NCBI GenBank assembly: GCA_001786745.1 | Contig: MFTF01000012.1 | Coordinates: 1-39,506, forward strand | DNA: 39,506 nucleotides | From: Candidatus Nomurabacteria bacterium RIFCSPHIGHO2_01_FULL_36_23 | GTDB lineage: Bacteria; Patescibacteriota; Minisyncoccia; Phycocordibacterales; UBA9973 | Direction of reading: 5' to 3' | In this document: piece by piece, positions 8,882-18,403 of the stretch | How the letters are laid out: each line of letters begins with the position of its first letter | Numbering within the stretch: the stretch's first letter is position 1 | The notes under the pieces: generated by a model | Database searches by the model: none | The model's input: only the letters and a program-made list of their open reading frames with translations | What the model was told of the DNA's origin: nothing | Program-made: the position numbers and the translations under genes

Positions 8882-10287
8882 TGCCTAGCATGATTTTGCT
8901 AAATCAAATGACAAAAGAGACGGTGGGAGGCGCCATAAATCCGCTAGATGGAAGATATTTTAAGAAAACCCGCGCGCTGGCGCCGTATTTTTCAGAAGAA
9001 GCGTTGATGAAATACAGATTAATGATGGAAGGGGAATACTTAATTGCTTTGTCGTTTTCTCGCAGGGTGGCTTTGCGTAAATTTACCTCCAAAGAAATAA
9101 AAATAATAAGGAATATTTATGAAAAATTTGACAATATTTCTTATAAAAAAATAAAAAATATAGAAGCAGTCACAAATCATGATGTCAAGGCGGTAGAATA
9201 CTTTATAAAAGAAAAATTGTCAAAGACATCTCTGGGAGACAGTATTGAATGGGTTCATTTTGCTCTCACCTCAGAAGACACAAATAATATCGCTTATGCG
9301 TTAATGCTCTCAGATTCTCTAGAATATGTTCTTGTACCTAGAATTAAAAAAATAGTTTTAGAATTGGATGTTTTGGCAAAAAAATACAAAAATTCGCCAA
9401 TGCTGGCGCGGACTCACGGACAAAGCGCTTCACCCACTACTTTTGGCAAAGAAATGAAAGTTTTTGCCGCTCGCCTTGAAAAAAAATTAAAGGAACTGGC
9501 AAAAATAAAAATACAAGCAAAATTAAATGGGGCTACCGGTAACTATAATGCTCATGTTATAGCTTATCCACAAGTAAATTGGTTGGAATTCAGTAAAAAA
9601 TTTATAAAAAGTTTTAATAAAAACCGTTCACAAAAACTTGAAACTAATTTAATCACTACTCAAATAGAAAGCCATGACAGTTATGTGGCAGTTTTTGATG
9701 CAATCAGAAGAATCAATACTATTTTAATTGATTTTAATCAAGATATATGGAGATACATTTCTGATAATTGGGTAACTCAAAAACCGAAAGCGGGAGAGAC
9801 GGGCTCATCAACAATGCCGCATAAAATAAATCCGATTGATTTTGAAAATAGCGAAGGAAATCTGGGGCTCGCTAATGCTTTATTTGAATTTTTTGCCCGC
9901 AAACTTCCAATTTCGCGACTACAACGCGATCTTTCGGATTCTACCGTAGAACGCGCTTTCGGCACGGCGCTGGGACATTCGCTTCTAGCTTATTTAATGT
10001 TGGAAAAAGGATTGGAAAAAATTAACGTAAATGAAATCAAAATAAAAGAGGATTTATTGGCGCATCCAGAAGTTATCGCCGAAGCGATCCAAACAATCTT
10101 GCGCCGAGAAAATTATCCTGTTCCCTATGAAATGCTTAAAGATTTAACTCGCGACAAACAAGTAACGATGCAAGATTTTGCTCAATTCATAGATACACTT
10201 AAAATTTCTCCAAAAGTAAAATTAGAACTTAAAAAAATAACACCCTTAAATTACACCGGGCTAGCTTCCAAACTTGCTTTAGGGTAG
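8881..10287 (+). CDS. purB: Adenylosuccinate lyase (start codon uncertain)
   Basis: PLDGRY, TNHDVKAVEY, RTHGQ, GSSTMPHKINPIDFENSEGN. Confidence 0.97.
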   Translation: MPSMILLNQMTKETVGGAINPLDGRYFKKTRALAPYFSEEALMKYRLMMEGEYLIALSFSRRVALRKFTSKEIKIIRNIYEKFDNISYKKIKNIEAVTNHDVKAVEYFIKEKLSKTSLGDSIEWVHFALTSEDTNNIAYALMLSDSLEYVLVPRIKKIVLELDVLAKKYKNSPMLARTHGQSASPTTFGKEMKVFAARLEKKLKELAKIKIQAKLNGATGNYNAHVIAYPQVNWLEFSKKFIKSFNKNRSQKLETNLITTQIESHDSYVAVFDAIRRINTILIDFNQDIWRYISDNWVTQKPKAGETGSSTMPHKINPIDFENSEGNLGLANALFEFFARKLPISRLQRDLSDSTVERAFGTALGHSLLAYLMLEKGLEKINVNEIKIKEDLLAHPEVIAEAIQTILRRENYPVPYEMLKDLTRDKQVTMQDFAQFIDTLKISPKVKLELKKITPLNYTGLASKLALG

Positions 10288-10308
10288 TCTGAGATATATT
10301 ATATTGGT

Positions 10309-10380
10309 ATGGATTCTGAGACAAAAAACTGCCATCCCGAAGGAAAGTAAAGCTTCCTGCGGGACAGGAAATTGCAAAAA
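10309..10380 (+). pseudogene. Dead N-terminus of a Zn-ribbon paralog (MDSETKNCQNCK) split by a 34-bp element
   Basis: Removing 10335-10368 restores ATG GAT TCT GAG ACA AAA AAC TGC CA|A AAT TGC AAA. Confidence 0.75.
10335..10368 (+). repeat. 34-bp hairpin element, out of frame
   Basis: TCCCGAAGGAAAGTAAAGCTTCCTGCGGGACAGG; same family as 2484-2516. Confidence 0.8.
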
Positions 10381-11829
10381 ATGGAAACTAAAACATGTCA
10401 AAATTGCAAAAAAAATTTTATAATAGAATCTGAAGATTTTAATTTTTATGAAAAAATAAAAGTTCCTACACCTACTTTTTGCCCAGATTGTCGTGCACAA
10501 AGAAGATTCATTTGGCGTAACGAACGAAGTTTACATAAACGACCATGTAGTTATTGTAAAAAAGATTTTATTTCTATATATAATAATGGTGTCCCATTTC
10601 CTGTCTATTGTCATACTTGTTATTACAGTGATTCTTGGGATCCGCTTTCATATGGAAAACAATATAACCAATCAAAAACTTTTTTCTCCCAAATAAAAGA
10701 AGAAGGAGAAGGAATTGTAGATAGCCATTATTTGGTCTCTAGTCGAAATGTTACCAATTTAATTGGAAGCGTAAATCTTCGTTCATTAAGTAATTATTTT
10801 TTTGGTAGAAAACTTTCCCAGGAAGAATATAAAAGAGAAATAAATGAAATAGATTTTGGTTCAAGAAAAGTGCGTGATGAATTGTTGAAAAAATTTGAGG
10901 AGATAAAACAAAATTCTATAGTAAGAAGCACGAAACAAATCAATTGCGTTAATTGTGTGGGTGATCATTTAGAAAATGCAAAAGATTGTTATTATGTTTT
11001 TGATGGTTTTGACTTGGAAAAAGCGAGATATAGTTCTTGGGTTTTTGGAAGTAAAGACATTTCAGATTGCTTTGGTATGGGTAGTAGTGAACTTATCTAT
11101 GAAGCAATAAGTCCAGAGGAAGTTAATAATTGCAAATTTTTAATGGCTATCGATTCTTCTCACGATGTTGAATACGGACTATTTTGCCAATCATCGGGTT
11201 TTTTATTTGGATGTGTGGGCTTACGTTCAAAAGAATATTGTATTTTAAATAAAAAATATTCCAAAGAAGAATATAGTGAATTGGTTTCAAAAATAAAACA
11301 AGAAATGGAAAATAATCCATATGTTGATAAGCAAGGACTTTCTTATAGTTACGGGGAATTTTTTCCAAGTGAACTTTCTTCTTTTCTTTATAATGAAAGC
11401 ACTGCTCAAGAATATTATCCGTTAAATAAAAAAGGAGCTAAAAATATTGGTTTTGAATGGAGGGATGAAGAAATTCGTTCTTATAATATAACTATTGAAA
11501 ATGATAAAATTCCTGACAACATAAATGATGTTGATGATTCAATAATCGAAGAAGTAATAGCTTGCATGCATAAGCAAAACTGTATACATCAATGCACACA
11601 GGCTTTTAAAATAATTCCTAATGAATTACAATTCTATCACAAAATGCAAATACCATTACCAAACCTTTGCCCTAATTGTAGACATTTTGAACGTTTAGCT
11701 AGACGTAATCCAATGAAACTTTGGTTAAGAAATTGTGCTAAATGTAAAAAAGAAATTATGTCTTCATATTCCCCCGACCGACCGGAAATTGTTTACTGTG
11801 AAAAATGTTATCAGCAGGAAGTATATTGA
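10381..11829 (+). CDS. Cys-rich Zn-ribbon paralog with in-frame internal deletion
   Basis: ATG start METKTCQNCKK; paralog of 275-1936; jumps FFSQIKE|EGEGIVDS. Confidence 0.8.
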   Translation: METKTCQNCKKNFIIESEDFNFYEKIKVPTPTFCPDCRAQRRFIWRNERSLHKRPCSYCKKDFISIYNNGVPFPVYCHTCYYSDSWDPLSYGKQYNQSKTFFSQIKEEGEGIVDSHYLVSSRNVTNLIGSVNLRSLSNYFFGRKLSQEEYKREINEIDFGSRKVRDELLKKFEEIKQNSIVRSTKQINCVNCVGDHLENAKDCYYVFDGFDLEKARYSSWVFGSKDISDCFGMGSSELIYEAISPEEVNNCKFLMAIDSSHDVEYGLFCQSSGFLFGCVGLRSKEYCILNKKYSKEEYSELVSKIKQEMENNPYVDKQGLSYSYGEFFPSELSSFLYNESTAQEYYPLNKKGAKNIGFEWRDEEIRSYNITIENDKIPDNINDVDDSIIEEVIACMHKQNCIHQCTQAFKIIPNELQFYHKMQIPLPNLCPNCRHFERLARRNPMKLWLRNCAKCKKEIMSSYSPDRPEIVYCEKCYQQEVY

Positions 11830-11922
11830 TTATGTATAAAATTTCTGCATATGCTGAAATCTTATACACTGATACCTGTTGTGAATTTAAGCATATGCGT
11901 AAATTAACAACATGAATTCTAC

Positions 11923-11942
11923 ATCTACGCTATAGCGTAGAT
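11923..11942. repeat. Perfect 20-bp palindrome
   Basis: ATCTACGCTATAGCGTAGAT; core ACGCTATAGCGT recurs at 30026-30037. Confidence 0.7.
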
Positions 11943-12070
11943 TGATGTTTAAGTATTTTTTTTATTTTTTATATATTTTCTACTATCTTTTACATATGTT
12001 AAACATCGTAGATAATTTATTTCTAGATTAAAGAATTGGAATTTTTAAGAAAAATGTGTAATATAAGGTT

Positions 12071-12352
12071 ATGATGTTACGAATTTTAGCTTCTGTCGTG
12101 CTTTTATTTTCAATTCTTTTTCTGCCTTTTTGGGTATCGATTATTTTGGCGCTGGCGGGTATGATTTATTTTCGTTTCTTTCTAGAGGCCGTTTTTATGT
12201 TTTTATTATCGGACCTGCTTTACGGAGTAAAAGAAGCCAAATTTTTTAATATAGTTTTTATTTCTTTAATTGTTTCCGCTCTGGTTTTAACTGGCGTAGA
12301 ATTTGTAAAAAGAAGACTTAAATTTTATCCTTATGATAGTAAGAATATTTAA
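12071..12352 (+). CDS. Small membrane protein, possibly MreD-like
   Basis: 93 aa, about three TM segments, overlaps the PBP2 start; MreD assignment rests on context only. Confidence 0.6.
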   Translation: MMLRILASVVLLFSILFLPFWVSIILALAGMIYFRFFLEAVFMFLLSDLLYGVKEAKFFNIVFISLIVSALVLTGVEFVKRRLKFYPYDSKNI

Positions 12353-14015
12353 AAAAAATAAACAAAAGAAAAATTTTTTTGTGGAACCGGATGAAATTTT
12401 TCTTGATTCAAAAAATCTGCAAAACTTTGATAACCAACAATTTGAAGGCCGGATAGAAAAACCGATTTCCAAAAAAAATATCTGGTTCCTTGGAATTTTA
12501 TTCTTTATCTTGATGGGATTGTTTGGAGTCCGTCTTATATATCTTCAAATACAAAAAGGGGGAGCTTATTTAGAGAGAAGTGAAAATAATGTTTTAGAAA
12601 AAATAATTATTTTCACTGAAAGAGGAATAATTTACGATAGAAATAAAAAAGAGCTGGCTTGGAACGGAGAATCCGAAAGCGCCTTCTCCGCCCGCGCTTA
12701 TTTATCGCCTGGATTTTCACACCTATTGGGATATGTAAGTTATCCCGCGCAGGATAAAACAGGTAATTATTGGCAAGGTGAATTTATAGGCAAAGATGGA
12801 CTTGAAAAACAATACAATGACAAAATTAAAGGTGAGAATGGATCAAAAATAATAGAAATAAATGCTTTAGGAGAAATTTACTCGGAAAATATTGTAAATA
12901 TTCCAATACGGGGAGTCGATTTAATAACAACAATTGATTCACGAATCCAGATGAAGTTGTTTGCTTTGATTAAAAATTTATCAGAGAGTAATTCTTTCCC
13001 GGGTGGAGCAGGCATATTAATGGATATAAATAATGGAGAAATAATCGCTTCCACCAGTTTTCCAGAATATAATTCTGAAATTCTTTCACAAGGAAAAGAC
13101 ACGGTTAAAATCAATGATTATATGATGGATAAAAGAAAATTTTTTATGGACAGGGTTGTTTCAGGACTTTATACTCCGGGTTCAATTGTAAAACCTTTTT
13201 TAGCAATAGGCGCTTTGACTGAAGGTATAATCGATCAATATAAAAAAATTCTTTCAACAGGTTCCATTTCAATCCCGAATCCTTATTTTCCGGACCAAAA
13301 GAGCGTTTTTAAGGACTGGAGAGTAAATGGCTGGACAGATATGGCGCAAGCTTTAGCTGTTTCTTCTGATATTTATTTTTATATAATTGGAGGGGGATTT
13401 GAAAATCAAAAAGGTCTTGGTATTGCTAATATTGAAAAATACACCAAACTTTTCGGCATTGGAGAAAAAACGGGGATTGACTTGCCGGATGAAAAAGCGG
13501 GCATTATTCCAAATCCAGAATGGAAAATAGAAAATTTCAAAGGCGACCCGTGGCGTATTGGGAATACTTATCACACCGCTATTGGCCAGTATGGATTTCA
13601 AGTTACTCCAATCCAAATAGCGCGGGCTGTTTCAGCTATTGGCAACTATGGCAAACTTGTAACTCCGCATTTTATATTAGATGATACTGAAAAACCTAAT
13701 ACCGTAATAAATTTAAAAAAAGATTATTTTGATGTTGTGCATGATGGAATGAGACAAGCGGTTTCTTACGGCACCGCGATAGCGTTAAATGTGCCTTATG
13801 CGCAAATTGCCGCCAAGACTGGCACCGCGCAGCTTGGTGTGAAAAAAAATAAAGTTAATTCTTGGGTAGTTGGTTTTTTCCCGTATGAAAATCCCAAATA
13901 CGCTTTTACCATAATGATGGAATCCGGCCCTTCAACAAATAGTAGCGGCGCATCTTCCGTCATGCGCCAACTTCTAGACTGGATGTCTATCAATACGCCG
14001 GAGTATTTCAAATAG
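12333..14015 (+). CDS. mrdA: Class B penicillin-binding protein (PBP2-like)
   Basis: RGIIYDRN, GKDGLEKQY, PGSIVKP (SxxK), SSD, KTGTAQ. Confidence 0.9.
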   Translation: MIVRIFKKNKQKKNFFVEPDEIFLDSKNLQNFDNQQFEGRIEKPISKKNIWFLGILFFILMGLFGVRLIYLQIQKGGAYLERSENNVLEKIIIFTERGIIYDRNKKELAWNGESESAFSARAYLSPGFSHLLGYVSYPAQDKTGNYWQGEFIGKDGLEKQYNDKIKGENGSKIIEINALGEIYSENIVNIPIRGVDLITTIDSRIQMKLFALIKNLSESNSFPGGAGILMDINNGEIIASTSFPEYNSEILSQGKDTVKINDYMMDKRKFFMDRVVSGLYTPGSIVKPFLAIGALTEGIIDQYKKILSTGSISIPNPYFPDQKSVFKDWRVNGWTDMAQALAVSSDIYFYIIGGGFENQKGLGIANIEKYTKLFGIGEKTGIDLPDEKAGIIPNPEWKIENFKGDPWRIGNTYHTAIGQYGFQVTPIQIARAVSAIGNYGKLVTPHFILDDTEKPNTVINLKKDYFDVVHDGMRQAVSYGTAIALNVPYAQIAAKTGTAQLGVKKNKVNSWVVGFFPYENPKYAFTIMMESGPSTNSSGASSVMRQLLDWMSINTPEYFK

Positions 14016-14051
14016 TTTGTATTTTGTTTGCATTATTGATATAATATATTT

Positions 14052-14315
14052 ATGCGAAAAATGCGGACACTTATGATTTTGGGCATTTGGGTGGCGGTAT
14101 TGCCATATTTGGGTTTTCCGACTTCTTGGAAAACCGTTTTTTTCACTCTTTCTGGATTCGGACTTATGTATTTCAGCTACATGATGTATAAAGAATCTAA
14201 AATGAAAGAAACTGAAGAAATAAAAACTTTTGATAATTTTTCAGAAAATCATAATTTTAGTGAAAATAAAGCAACAACAGAGGAGTGTATAAAACCAAAG
14301 GAAGAAAAAATATAA
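14052..14315 (+). CDS. Hypothetical 2-TM membrane protein
   Basis: LPYLGFPTSWK hairpin plus acidic tail; TATAAT 6 nt upstream. Confidence 0.75.
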   Translation: MRKMRTLMILGIWVAVLPYLGFPTSWKTVFFTLSGFGLMYFSYMMYKESKMKETEEIKTFDNFSENHNFSENKATTEECIKPKEEKI

Positions 14316-14322
14316 ATATAAA

Positions 14323-15558
14323 ATGCGAGAATTTTTAAAAACAAGATATGCTTCTGGCGTTATTTTGCTCACAGCTCTAGTTTTTGTTTTGGGTATTTAT
14401 GTAGGATACAATCAGCGTCCCGAGATAGAAAAAGTTTTTAATCTTTCTGGAAAAGAAACTACAGTTATTACCCAAACTGATTTTTCTCCTTTTTGGAAAG
14501 TCTGGAATACTATTAATGAAAAATATCCCGATGCGAATGAAATAACTGACCAAAATAAAGTTTATGGAGCAATTTCGGGCCTTGTGGATTCATTAAATGA
14601 TCCTTATAGTGTATTTTTTAGTCCGGATGAAACAAAATTATTTGAAGACGAAATAGCTGGTAGTTTCGGTGGGATTGGCATGGAAGTTGATATAAAAGAT
14701 AAAGTGCTCACAGTTGTTGCTCCGCTTAAAAATACTCCCGCTTATCGGGCTGGCATAAAACCGGGAGATAAAATTTTAAAAATTGATAAAATTACCACCC
14801 CTGATTTAAGGATTGAAGAAGCGCTTAAATTAATAAGAGGGGAGAAGGGTACAATTGTCACACTCACTATTCTCCATGATGGAGAAAAAGAATCGAGAGA
14901 AATAAAAATTATTAGAGATATTATAAATGTCCCAACTCTGGATACGGAATTGCGTCCTGATGGAATTTTCGTAATAAAATTTTATAGTTTTTCGGCCAGC
15001 TCCAACTCTTTATTCCGTGATGCCTTAAAGAAATTTGCTCTGGCAAAAACTGACAAATTTCTACTTGATTTAAGGGGTAATCCGGGAGGATATTTAGATA
15101 TAGCTGTTGATATATCAAGCTGGTTTTTACCGGGAGGAAAAATTATTGTAACTGAAGATTATGGAAATAATAAAGAACCGGAGATATTTAGAAGCAAAGA
15201 TTATAATTTATTCAATGATAAATTAAAATTTATAATTTTAATAGACGGCGGGTCCGCTTCGGCATCGGAAATTGTCGCTGGCGCAATGCAGGATTATAAA
15301 CGAGCAATTATAGTGGGTGGCAAAAGCTACGGCAAGGGTTCTGTGCAAGAAGTTGTAAATGTGACTCCAGATACTATTTTAAAAATTACAGTCGCTAAGT
15401 GGTTTACGCCTAATGGAAATTTGATTACTGAAAAAGGATTGACCCCGGATTACATAGTAGAAAATAAAAAACCTGCCCGCAATGCTTTGCCTAGCGATGC
15501 AGGCGGGGATCCACAAATGGATAAAGCCGTAGAATTATTAAATAATTGGCCTCGTTAA
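14323..15558 (+). CDS. ctpA: S41 carboxyl-terminal processing protease with PDZ domain
   Basis: LNDPYS, GGIG, DLRGNPGG, SASASEI, SYGKGSVQ. Confidence 0.95.
   Translation: MREFLKTRYASGVILLTALVFVLGIYVGYNQRPEIEKVFNLSGKETTVITQTDFSPFWKVWNTINEKYPDANEITDQNKVYGAISGLVDSLNDPYSVFFSPDETKLFEDEIAGSFGGIGMEVDIKDKVLTVVAPLKNTPAYRAGIKPGDKILKIDKITTPDLRIEEALKLIRGEKGTIVTLTILHDGEKESREIKIIRDIINVPTLDTELRPDGIFVIKFYSFSASSNSLFRDALKKFALAKTDKFLLDLRGNPGGYLDIAVDISSWFLPGGKIIVTEDYGNNKEPEIFRSKDYNLFNDKLKFIILIDGGSASASEIVAGAMQDYKRAIIVGGKSYGKGSVQEVVNVTPDTILKITVAKWFTPNGNLITEKGLTPDYIVENKKPARNALPSDAGGDPQMDKAVELLNNWPR
15472..15507 (+). repeat. 36-bp palindromic element in frame (PARNALPSDAGG)
   Basis: CCTGCCCGCAATGCTTTGCCTAGCGATGCAGGCGGG; copy 1 of 4. 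Confidence 0.92.
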
Positions 15559-15567
15559 AAAATACAT

Positions 15568-16032
15568 ATGAAAATAATATTTTTACATGATGTGCCAAGA
15601 GTAGGAAAAAAATATGACGTGAAAGAAGTAAATGGCGGTTATGCCATGAACTTTTTATTACCCAGAAAACTGGCCGAACCAGCAACAACGAAGTCCCTAG
15701 CCATGCTTGAAAGACGCAAAAAAGAAATTGCGATTGAAAGGGAAGTGCAGGAAGATCTTTTAATGAAAAATTTGGAAGAAATCAAGGATAAAGTTGTGAC
15801 AATAAAAGTAAAAGCAGATGAAAGGGGTCATTTATTCGCTCAAGTCCATAAAAAAGAAATAATCGATGGCATGAAAAATGAACATCGCGCCGATATCAGT
15901 GAAGAATTTATTATTTTAGAAAAACCAATTAAAACAATAGGGGAGTTTGAAATACCGATTAAGGTGAAAATCGCCGCCGAAGGCGGGGCAAGCAAAAAAT
16001 CTTCTTTTAAACTTGTGGTGGAAAAAATCTAA
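15568..16032 (+). CDS. rplI: 50S ribosomal protein L9
   Basis: [26 protein letters not shown]; PIKTIG. Confidence 0.95.
   Translation: MKIIFLHDVPRVGKKYDVKEVNGGYAMNFLLPRKLAEPATTKSLAMLERRKKEIAIEREVQEDLLMKNLEEIKDKVVTIKVKADERGHLFAQVHKKEIIDGMKNEHRADISEEFIILEKPIKTIGEFEIPIKVKIAAEGGASKKSSFKLVVEKI
15972..15992 (+). repeat. 21-bp hairpin+GCAAG element in frame in rplI (AAEGGAS)
   Basis: CGCCGCCGAAGGCGGGGCAAG; 16/21 identical to 38660-38680. Confidence 0.65.
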
Positions 16033-16301
16033 AATACATTAACTACTTTTTTGATTACCGTCACGCCGTTGAAAGAAATTTTGCGTTTGGAGCCAAATTT
16101 GACTATACCGGGTTTAAGGGCGAAAAGAGTATGATCTCTCGCTGTAGATACGTTGTTTCCCGCCATAATGACTGTACCGCGTTGACGAACGATAATAGAG
16201 CCAGATTGGGCTTTTTGACCGTCAGCTAGCTTAATACCGAGGTATTTTGGGTTTGAATCTCTTAAGTTTCTGGCGGTTCCGCCGGCCTTTCTATGCGCCA
16301 T
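16029..16301 (-). CDS. rpmA: 50S ribosomal protein L27
   Basis: [30 protein letters not shown]. Confidence 0.97.
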   Translation of the reverse strand: MAHRKAGGTARNLRDSNPKYLGIKLADGQKAQSGSIIVRQRGTVIMAGNNVSTARDHTLFALKPGIVKFGSKRKISFNGVTVIKKVVNVF

Positions 16302-16347
16302 ATTGTTTTATATTATATTTATAGGTAGAATCAGTATAATCAATTAT

Positions 16348-16713
16348 ATGGAAAAAATCAAGCAATTTTTGGAAAGCGAAAAGAGAAAGGATATTTTGAC
16401 CGTTTTAATCGTCATTTTAGTTGGTTTGGGTTCATTTGAGCTGGGCAGACTATCTAAGGGTAATGACGGTTCAGGTATAAAAATAGAATATTCGAATCAA
16501 AAGGCGAATACAGTTTCATCTATAGAACCCATTCAAATTAGAATTTCCAAAACCAATTCCGCAAAATCTTTTTTTGCTTCCAATAGAGGAAGTAAGTATT
16601 ATTCTCTAGGGTGTTCCGGCGGTCAAACTATCAAACAAGAAAATAGAATTTATTTTGCGACAAAGGAAGAGGCCGAAAAAGCGGGATATGCATTATCAGC
16701 ATCATGTAATTAA
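16348..16713 (+). CDS. Membrane-anchored protein with Ada-like metal-binding C-terminal domain
   Basis: TM then ASNRGSKYY..C...I..ENRIYF...EEAEKAGY...C; start reassigned to MEKIKQ, TATAAT 7 nt upstream. Confidence 0.8.
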   Translation: MEKIKQFLESEKRKDILTVLIVILVGLGSFELGRLSKGNDGSGIKIEYSNQKANTVSSIEPIQIRISKTNSAKSFFASNRGSKYYSLGCSGGQTIKQENRIYFATKEEAEKAGYALSASCN

Positions 16714-16868
16714 GACAGCTTATAGTGTCCCAAACATATATTGTGCGACATATTCATATCAATAAAAATAACGGAAAAAACACTTCCCTGTTCTACTGCC
16801 TAATTTAAAAATTATTACCAACTTTATCTAAATCCCACGACATATTATTTTCTTTCATGACTTAATTT

Positions 16869-17045
16869 CTAATTAAGATTTAATTTAGAAAAAATAGTGC
16901 GAAAGAGACTTACAAACCAGTAAAAAATATCAGATATGGAAATATGGAAATAGTTTATTAAAAAAAAGAGAATCACTAAAAGAATTATTAATTTTAAAAA
17001 CCCTGCCTGCGCGGGTAGACCGCCTTTTTTGTTTTTTTTACTCAT
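16869..17045 (-). CDS. Small membrane protein of 58 aa (not in ORF track)
   Basis: MSKKNKKGGLPAQAGFLKLIILLVILFFLINYFHISISDIFYWFVSLFRTIFSKLNLN; TGGTAAAAT 6 nt before ATG. Confidence 0.75.
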   Translation of the reverse strand: MSKKNKKGGLPAQAGFLKLIILLVILFFLINYFHISISDIFYWFVSLFRTIFSKLNLN

Positions 17046-17080
17046 GCTTATATTTTACCACAAGATATTCGTCAAACCAA

Positions 17081-18403
17081 CTATTCCGTTGTCTTGTTGT
17101 TTAATATGGACGGATTAATTGTGTAAGAAGGCAAATAATACATTACATCTAAATAAGCATTTATCGGGGCAACAGGTAATCTATAAATACGCCCACCGCA
17201 AGCTATACTCGGCTTAGAGGCCATTTTAACAGCTTCTGATGCGTATAGAGAGACATGCAAATGAGGCCCCGTAACATGCCCCGTAGCCCCGCTATAAGCT
17301 ATTACTTCTCCTCTTTTAATTCGATCTCCTTCACGTACTTTTATAAGTGAAAGATGACCAAAGGTGCTGGAAAGGCCATTACTATATTCAATAAAAACAA
17401 ATTTTCCAAAAGATGCTCCGGTGCAAGTTAAATCCGTATCGCCTATGCCTAAAACTACGCCATCCGACATAGCCATAACGGAAGTACCAATGGATGCGCG
17501 AAAATCTACTCCATTGTGAGTTCCAGAGGCATAAAGACGTTTAGAGTCAACAGTTTTACCAAAAAGTTGAGTTACATATATTTTTTCGAGCGGCCAACTC
17601 AAAACTCCAGCCTTGGGCAACTTGGACGGATCGAGAATAAATTGCAGTTGCGCTTCATAATCGCGCAATTCTTTTTCAAACGCATCTCTCTGGGCAATTC
17701 TATCTTTTAAGAGTTTTTGATAATTAGCTTCATTGTTCTTTGTTTGTTTTAAAAGTTTGTTTTTTTCATTGGTATTTTGCGCCACTATTTTTTGCTGATC
17801 GGAAAGCTTAGACTTAAGGGTATTTAGTTCGTTTTTCACACTGATAGTTTCTTTTTTAGTATCTTCTAGTTCGCCTTTTATTTGCTTTAACTCAAGTATT
17901 TTTTCTCTAATTTTATTGCGAACAGTAACTATGTTATCTATATCATTCCATATGATGGTAAAATCATTTTCTGATAATATAGTTTCCAAAATGCTATTTT
18001 GTTCAAATTCATTGGTCTTTTTAATGCCAAGAGAAATAGAATCTATGTTGTTGGAAATGGAATTTTCTTTACTGCCTATATCAGAACTTAAACTCTGTAT
18101 TTTGATATTTGTTTTATCAATTTTTTTTTGAGTTACATTTATATCAGCAATTAATTTTTTTCTAGTTAAATCAAGTTCTTTCAATGCGCCGCTTAAAGAA
18201 CTTTTTTGTTTTTCTAAATTATTAAGCTCTATTTGATAAGACGCTATTTCCTGTTCTAGTTTGACAATATCAGAATCTTTTTGATCAATTTTATTTTGAA
18301 GCTCTTGGGCCGTTTGCGCAGAAGAAAAAGCAAGTGGAATTGCCAAAACTGCCAAAATAATTAACGCGCTAAATTGCTTTTTTAAGTCTGTATATTGTTT
18401 CAT
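17081..18403 (-). CDS. M23 peptidase with coiled coil (EnvC/CwlO-like)
   Basis: Signal peptide, long coiled coil, HNGVDF and TGPHLH zinc motifs. Confidence 0.93.
   Translation of the reverse strand: MKQYTDLKKQFSALIILAVLAIPLAFSSAQTAQELQNKIDQKDSDIVKLEQEIASYQIELNNLEKQKSSLSGALKELDLTRKKLIADINVTQKKIDKTNIKIQSLSSDIGSKENSISNNIDSISLGIKKTNEFEQNSILETILSENDFTIIWNDIDNIVTVRNKIREKILELKQIKGELEDTKKETISVKNELNTLKSKLSDQQKIVAQNTNEKNKLLKQTKNNEANYQKLLKDRIAQRDAFEKELRDYEAQLQFILDPSKLPKAGVLSWPLEKIYVTQLFGKTVDSKRLYASGTHNGVDFRASIGTSVMAMSDGVVLGIGDTDLTCTGASFGKFVFIEYSNGLSSTFGHLSLIKVREGDRIKRGEVIAYSGATGHVTGPHLHVSLYASEAVKMASKPSIACGGRIYRLPVAPINAYLDVMYYLPSYTINPSILNNKTTE

Noticed and set aside
16805-16858. 17-aa minus ORF MKENNMSWDLDKVGNNF
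   Set aside because: Too short, with no recognisable homology or regulatory context.
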